60,999 bases of DNA from a virus (taxonomy: Duplodnaviria; Caudoviricetes): the IMG/VR virus record IMGVR_UViG_3300044568_003707, positions 1 to 60,999 of that record, one strand, 5' to 3'. The notes under the pieces are model-generated. The model was not told the DNA's origin and did no database searches. It saw only the letters and a list, made by a program, of their open reading frames with translations. The first letter of the stretch is position 1. Each line of letters opens with the position of its first letter. This document shows positions 55,710 through 60,999 of the stretch, one piece after another. The translations under genes were made by a program, and so were the position numbers.

Positions 55710-56527
55710 GCATATTTGGCGGAACTGGGTTTGTGGGCAGTAACTTTGTGAAGTTGTATTCAAACAAATGTAATGTCATAGAACGAGAGAATAATGTTCC
55801 AGTTGATCGTGATGTGTTGTATTTGATAAGTACAACTCACAACTATCATGTATTCAGCGATGTTCATCTTGATGTAAATACGAACCTAACCAAGTTGCTG
55901 AATGTATTGCCCAATACAAAAGGCACATTCAATTTTATTTCTAGTTGGTTTGCTTATGGAGATGGTTATGGTACAAACTCCACACCAGCCTTTGAACATT
56001 CTGATTGCCGACCACAGGGATTTTATTCCATAACAAAGAAAGCCGCTGAAGATTTGATGGTGTCATATTGCAAAACATTCAACAAAGAATATCGCATACT
56101 GCGTTTGTGTAATGTAATTGGCGGCGATGTTGATGCTGGTAAAAAGAAAAACGCATTGGAGTTTTTGATTGGTAAGATCATAAACAACGAACCGATTGAT
56201 ATATACAAAGGAGACAACTATAGAAACTTTCTGCATGTCGAAGATGTGTGTGAAGCAATCAATCTGGTCACATCCAATGGAAATATAAACGAAATTTATA
56301 ATATCGGAGCACAGAACAGCCATAAGCTCATTGATGTTGTAAATCATGTTATGAAGCTAACAAAGTCCAAGAGCAAAATAAACCATGTGGATGTGCCAAC
56401 CTTTCATAGTATTGTTCAAGCTCCCAATTTTTTCATGAACTGTCAAAAGCTGTATGACTTGGGATTTAAACCAAAGTATGATATATACAATGCAGTTGAA
56501 CTTATCGTAGCCAATAACCTATTATAG
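55697..56527 (+). CDS. NAD-dependent epimerase/dehydratase
   Basis: GGTGFVG; YSITK; RLCNV; RNFLHVED. Confidence 0.88.
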   Translation: MGKLSIFGGTGFVGSNFVKLYSNKCNVIERENNVPVDRDVLYLISTTHNYHVFSDVHLDVNTNLTKLLNVLPNTKGTFNFISSWFAYGDGYGTNSTPAFEHSDCRPQGFYSITKKAAEDLMVSYCKTFNKEYRILRLCNVIGGDVDAGKKKNALEFLIGKIINNEPIDIYKGDNYRNFLHVEDVCEAINLVTSNGNINEIYNIGAQNSHKLIDVVNHVMKLTKSKSKINHVDVPTFHSIVQAPNFFMNCQKLYDLGFKPKYDIYNAVELIVANNLL

Positions 56528-56568
56528 TTTGACTGTTTGGTAAAAATGTTCATAGTATCTTTTCTACT

Positions 56569-56631
56569 ATGGCAAAAATAACCAACGCCCTGTTCACCAG
56601 TTTCAAAGAACTGAATGAGTATAAAAAGTAA
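56569..56631 (+). pseudogene. Remnant 5' end of the helicase gene
   Basis: MAKITNALFTSFKELNEYKK* resembles the helicase start MAKLEKALLGKFIQYPEWKT; follows a TTGACT..CATAGT promoter. Confidence 0.5.
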
Positions 56632-56682
56632 AGATATTGATTTTGTATGATGTTTTATCGTATGATGATATATTTATAGGAA

Positions 56683-57738
56683 ATGAACATATGGGAAGAA
56701 AAAAACTCAATAGAACCAAGGAAGAATTGCTCGGACAACACAAAGAGCGACAGCGAAGATATTACTATAAAAATAGAGAAGAAATCAATAAACTCCGAAT
56801 GCAAAAGTATTGGAAAGACAAAAACAACTGAACAATTTATTGTGGACGCCAGAGCAAGACATGGGCATAGATATGACTATTCCAATTCTCTCTATAAGAG
56901 AAGTAATATCAAAATAGAGATAATTTGCTCAAAGCATGGTTCATTCTGGCAGGAACCGAGCAAACATATTGGAGGACAGGGATGTATGGGGTGTAGGCAA
57001 ACTTCGACTATAGAAGATTTTATCTTAAAAGCGAACATAGTACATGGACAATTATACGATTATTCCAGAGTAATATACTCCAAATCTAAAACAAAAATAG
57101 ATATAGTCTGTAAATTACATGGTTCATTTTGGCAAACACCTGTAGCACATATTAGCGGAAAGGGATGTTATATGTGCGCAAACAATAGGAGAAAAACATT
57201 ACCTAATTTTGTAAAGTCGGCAAAAGAAGTTCACGGGGAAAAATATGATTACTCCGATGTAATTTATAAAAATAACAACACCTTGATAAAAATTATCTGC
57301 AAAAAACATGGAGATTTTTATCAAACTCCAAAAAAACATTTACAAAAAAATGGTTGTGAGAAATGTGGGCATCATATTTCTCTGTTAGAAACCGAATTTT
57401 TGGACTATCTGTCTATAAAAAATAGAGGAACGAGAGTAGATGCTTGGAAAAATAAAGCCGTGGATGGTTACGATAAACAAACCAATACAATGTATGAATT
57501 TTTGGGAGATTATTGGCACGGAAATCCTCTTGTTTATGACAAAAACGAAAAACATCCGGTTGTAAAAATGACTTATGGAGAGCTGTATAAAAAGACGTTT
57601 GATAATCTGAACAAACTTATGTCTCTTGGGTATACCGTAAAATATATCTGGGAGAGAGATTGGAAAAACTATAAAGCGGGAATTGATAAGACTCCGAATA
57701 TAATAACACACATCCAAAGTGATTTATTGACAGGATGA
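56683..57738 (+). CDS. Homing endonuclease with Zn-ribbon repeats and a C-terminal PD-(D/E)xK-like domain
   Basis: 3x HG.YDYS...I.C.KHG.F.Q.P..H....GC..C; VDGYD; YEFLGDYWHG; IWERDW. Confidence 0.8.
   Translation: MNIWEEKNSIEPRKNCSDNTKSDSEDITIKIEKKSINSECKSIGKTKTTEQFIVDARARHGHRYDYSNSLYKRSNIKIEIICSKHGSFWQEPSKHIGGQGCMGCRQTSTIEDFILKANIVHGQLYDYSRVIYSKSKTKIDIVCKLHGSFWQTPVAHISGKGCYMCANNRRKTLPNFVKSAKEVHGEKYDYSDVIYKNNNTLIKIICKKHGDFYQTPKKHLQKNGCEKCGHHISLLETEFLDYLSIKNRGTRVDAWKNKAVDGYDKQTNTMYEFLGDYWHGNPLVYDKNEKHPVVKMTYGELYKKTFDNLNKLMSLGYTVKYIWERDWKNYKAGIDKTPNIITHIQSDLLTG
56691..56831 (+). CDS. Small basic protein (46 aa) overlapping the endonuclease 5' end
   Basis: MGRKKLNRTKEELLGQHKERQRRYYYKNREEINKLRMQKYW; paralogue of 50126. 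Confidence 0.6.
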   Translation: MGRKKLNRTKEELLGQHKERQRRYYYKNREEINKLRMQKYWKDKNN

Positions 57739-57762
57739 TGATAGTCTGTATCATATTCAAAT

Positions 57763-60396
57763 ATGGCTAAATTAGAAAAAGCATTGCTTGGAAAGTTTAT
57801 ACAATATCCGGAATGGAAAACCTTGACCAAAGGACAAAAAAAGTTTTTCAAGGATTTTTTCTCCGGAAGAAATATATTCTTGACTGGTGCCGCCGGTGTT
57901 GGAAAGTCCCATGCTGTATCCGTGTTATTCAAGTTCCTTGATTTGAATGGAATTTTTTATGCAAAAACTGCAACAACTGGCGTAGCTGCACTGAATATAG
58001 GTGGAGTAACTTTGCATTCATGGTCTGGTATGGGATTGGCCGAAGAACATGGTATGGAACTGCTGGATAAAGTATCTGAAAATAACAAGGCAGTCAATCG
58101 TATCAAGCACAGTAAAGTGCTTATCATAGATGAAATATCAATGGCCAAGAGTGATTTGGTTGATAAACTGGACATTGTTTGTCAATATATCAGAAACAAA
58201 GACAAACCTTTTGGTGGTATTCAAGTGGTGTTTGTGGGTGATTTCATGCAATTACCACCCGTATTCAAGAACTTTGATGAAGAAAAGTTTGCTTTTGATT
58301 CTCAAGCATGGCGCGATGCTAAAGTAAAAACAATTCATTTGACTGAAATTGTAAGACAGCATGACGAACCTCATTTTGCCAAGTTGCTCAATGAAATACG
58401 AATGGGGAAAGCTAAAGATTATACACTACTTACAGATTGTATAAACAGAAAGTTTCCAGATGATGGCATCAAACCAGTAAAGCTGTTTTGTAAAAATATT
58501 GATGTAAGCAAATATAACCACGACGAGTTGTATAAAATAAAAAATCAAAGTAAGTTTTATCATTCATCTGATTCAGGTGGTGACACGTGGCGTCAATTTT
58601 TTGATAAGAATTGTCCTGCTCCAACTACACTAGAACTGCGTAAAGGTGCTCAAGTTATTTTGCTGGTCAATCTGGATACAAAACTTGGATTGGTCAATGG
58701 CAGTGTTGGCACAGTGACCGAGGTATATGATACATATGTTGATATAAAATTTGCTTGTGGTGCTCAAATTATTGAAACATATAAATGGGAAATAAAGCAA
58801 AACGAGTATGATGCATTGACTGGTAATATGAAAAAGGTTGTATTGGCTTCACGTTCTCAATTTCCATTGAAACTTGCATGGGCTTTGACTGTTCATAAGT
58901 GTTTAGAAGAAAACTCGGTTATACATCTAAAAAATTCATCAAAATTGATAAAAAACGTGGGCAATGACTATACTTATAGTGTGAAGAACTCACACAATAA
59001 AATAGAAAAAGTCCATAATATGAAAAACCAAGATGCTATAAAAATCACTCTCCATTCGGGTAAAGAAATAATATGCTCTCCTAATCACAAAATTGCCATA
59101 GCATATTCACTAACTCAAATTGCATTTGAAGAAGCCTTCTCTATAAAAGAGGGAGATTTTATATTATCAAAAAAAGGATTTCCCACACCCGAAAAGTCTC
59201 CCATATCAACCGAACTTTGTTGGCTTCTCGGCGCTCTTGTCGGAGATGGAAGTTACTCTCAATACAATATAGACCGTTGCGATTATAGAGTTGATTTTAC
59301 AAATATACCAACAGAATGTGGTAATATTTATAAAAAGTTGGCAGAATCATTGCTTGGAGTTAAAATATCCATCACAACGCCTAGAAATAACAAAGCAAAA
59401 ACTTATTATTTTCATAATAAGGCGGTTAGAGAATACCTGTCGTCGATTGGACTGACCCCCGCAATTCGTGCTAATAAACAAGTACCAAAAATAATTTTTG
59501 AATGTAGTAGAGAGGGTATTGCCAATTTTATTTGCGGACTTATAGATTCCGACGGGCATATAAACCGACGAAATATTGTAATCACAAATGTGGCCAAGCA
59601 AATGTTGTTGGAAGTTCAAAGTTTGTTGGAAATTTTGGGATTTAGGTCATTCTTGGCACCAGCGGGGTGCCCAAAAAAAAATCAAAACCAAGCGTTTCAG
59701 TTGCAAATATATTCTTATGAGGCGAGAAGATTTTTGCGAGAATTTTCTGGTTATTTAAAAGCGGTTGATAAATATAAACATTTACCGACGTTGATGAAAT
59801 ATCCATACAAGAAAATAAAAGTACAAATAAACGACTTGCCATTGACCGAAGACGAAATTGAGTGCTTGCGGTTGGAATTGAGGCCAAAGTTTGGAAAGCC
59901 GCATGGAAAATCGTATCGCTTACATTTGCCGAGTGGGTTGAGCGATTTCTTAACCACAAATAGAAACGGACTAGACCGTTTTGTTTTGGAGCGAATGACG
60001 AGAGAAATTCCGAACTTTTCGGAACTCGGACCTACCACGAAGATAATAGATTCAGCCGTTACTGCCAATTTATTCGTGGACACTGTAGTATCGGTTGAGC
60101 CTGTATTTGATAAGACGCTGGTGGACGTTACGCTTGACAGAGAACATACATATTTTGCCAATGGAGTATTTCATCACAATTGCCAAGGCAGTACACTTGA
60201 TAGAGCAGAAATTGATATAAGTGAAGCATTTGCGGATGGGCAATGTTACGTGGCATTGAGCAGAGTGCGTAGTTTATCTTCACTTAGTATAAAGTCTTTT
60301 TCTCCACACAAAATCAAAACAAATAAAAAGTGTTTAGATTTTTATAACTCGCAAATTGATGAAAAAGAGATAGAGTTCTTTGTTGACGAGGACTGA
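57763..60396 (+). CDS. Pif1-family helicase containing an intein
   Basis: GAAGVGKS; DEISM; PFGGIQ..GDFMQLPP; QFPLKLAWALTVHK/CQG; GQCYVALSR. Confidence 0.93.
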   Translation: MAKLEKALLGKFIQYPEWKTLTKGQKKFFKDFFSGRNIFLTGAAGVGKSHAVSVLFKFLDLNGIFYAKTATTGVAALNIGGVTLHSWSGMGLAEEHGMELLDKVSENNKAVNRIKHSKVLIIDEISMAKSDLVDKLDIVCQYIRNKDKPFGGIQVVFVGDFMQLPPVFKNFDEEKFAFDSQAWRDAKVKTIHLTEIVRQHDEPHFAKLLNEIRMGKAKDYTLLTDCINRKFPDDGIKPVKLFCKNIDVSKYNHDELYKIKNQSKFYHSSDSGGDTWRQFFDKNCPAPTTLELRKGAQVILLVNLDTKLGLVNGSVGTVTEVYDTYVDIKFACGAQIIETYKWEIKQNEYDALTGNMKKVVLASRSQFPLKLAWALTVHKCLEENSVIHLKNSSKLIKNVGNDYTYSVKNSHNKIEKVHNMKNQDAIKITLHSGKEIICSPNHKIAIAYSLTQIAFEEAFSIKEGDFILSKKGFPTPEKSPISTELCWLLGALVGDGSYSQYNIDRCDYRVDFTNIPTECGNIYKKLAESLLGVKISITTPRNNKAKTYYFHNKAVREYLSSIGLTPAIRANKQVPKIIFECSREGIANFICGLIDSDGHINRRNIVITNVAKQMLLEVQSLLEILGFRSFLAPAGCPKKNQNQAFQLQIYSYEARRFLREFSGYLKAVDKYKHLPTLMKYPYKKIKVQINDLPLTEDEIECLRLELRPKFGKPHGKSYRLHLPSGLSDFLTTNRNGLDRFVLERMTREIPNFSELGPTTKIIDSAVTANLFVDTVVSVEPVFDKTLVDVTLDREHTYFANGVFHHNCQGSTLDRAEIDISEAFADGQCYVALSRVRSLSSLSIKSFSPHKIKTNKKCLDFYNSQIDEKEIEFFVDED
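58900..60180 (+). mobile_element. Intein with LAGLIDADG endonuclease (427 aa)
   Basis: Starts CLEENS; SPNHK block; LLGALVGDG and FICGLIDSDG; ends HHN followed by Cys+1. Confidence 0.93.
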
Positions 60397-60404
60397 AAAC
60401 AATT

Positions 60405-60839
60405 ATGACTACTTATAAAAAAGGTTTGTATTATTATCTGATGTGCGCTTTTGCCATTATTGGCTTTCCACTTGCATTGGGCGGATTGCTTGCACTAAAA
60501 GCACAATGGATGAATGAAACGCTATGGTCTGACATGTTAAAGACCGCATCAAATTCTATTATGATTCTCGCAGAAATGATTTGGTTGGGAGAAGTATTCA
60601 GACATGATGCTGGATATACTATCATAACAACCACTGAATATAAACTGTTCAAGTGTAAAGAAAGTGGCAAAGAAGAAGCATTTATGATGTTTGCTGACAG
60701 CATAGAAGAACTGGAACACTTTTTTGAAGTATCAGAACCAACCAAAAAGATTTATATAGAAGAAGCAGAAATGACTGGTAAAAGTATTCAAATGAAAGTA
60801 TTCAATGGAGACAAAGAAGACGTGGAGGGCGACAAATGA
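60405..60839 (+). CDS. Hypothetical membrane protein
   Basis: N-terminal hydrophobic segments. Confidence 0.65.
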   Translation: MTTYKKGLYYYLMCAFAIIGFPLALGGLLALKAQWMNETLWSDMLKTASNSIMILAEMIWLGEVFRHDAGYTIITTTEYKLFKCKESGKEEAFMMFADSIEELEHFFEVSEPTKKIYIEEAEMTGKSIQMKVFNGDKEDVEGDK

Positions 60840-60999
60840 AAACCAAAACAGCGGCGTTTATATTAAATCACAATCTACCTGATTATACAGACATGTTGTA
60901 TGAGTCGCTAAAGCCATATGAGCGAACTGACTATGACTTGTTTGTTATAGACAATGCTTCATCAACTGAAGGAAAAAGCAAGCATACTTCATTTGAGTT
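60836..60999 (+). CDS. Glycosyltransferase family 2-like, 3'-partial
   Basis: AFILNHN...LFVIDNAS; runs off the window. Confidence 0.65.
   Translation, partial: MKTKTAAFILNHNLPDYTDMLYESLKPYERTDYDLFVIDNASSTEGKSKHTSFE

Overview
An AT-rich segment of a large tailed dsDNA phage genome (T4-like or jumbo, standard genetic code; a PVC/Verrucomicrobia-like host is only inferred). In order it holds: a partial minus-strand ORF missing from the ORF track, an Rnl2-type RNA ligase, and a curli-like module (CsgF, CsgG, curlin-repeat protein, FecR, CHASE2 cyclase). Next is an ~18-kb stable-RNA region with 37 tRNA genes covering all 20 amino acids, 4 aberrant tRNA-like genes, many unannotated structured RNAs and free-standing homing endonucleases. 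After it come an RNA-repair cluster, a tmRNA, UvsE, an Rnl1-type ligase, a putative R-M pair, replication genes, a glycosyltransferase/sugar-nucleotide cluster and an intein-containing Pif1 helicase. Top findings: (1) a 37-codon leader peptide using all 20 amino acids (33 different codons), coupled to a terminator/antiterminator switch upstream of the tRNA region, which looks like a general tRNA-availability attenuator; (2) an RNA reproducing the 23S rRNA L11-binding domain with compensatory changes and a 206-nt insertion; (3) tRNAs with structured anticodon-arm insertions; (4) a probable -1 frameshift adding an amphipathic tail to an acidic repeat protein. All calls were made by eye; no searches or folding programs were run.
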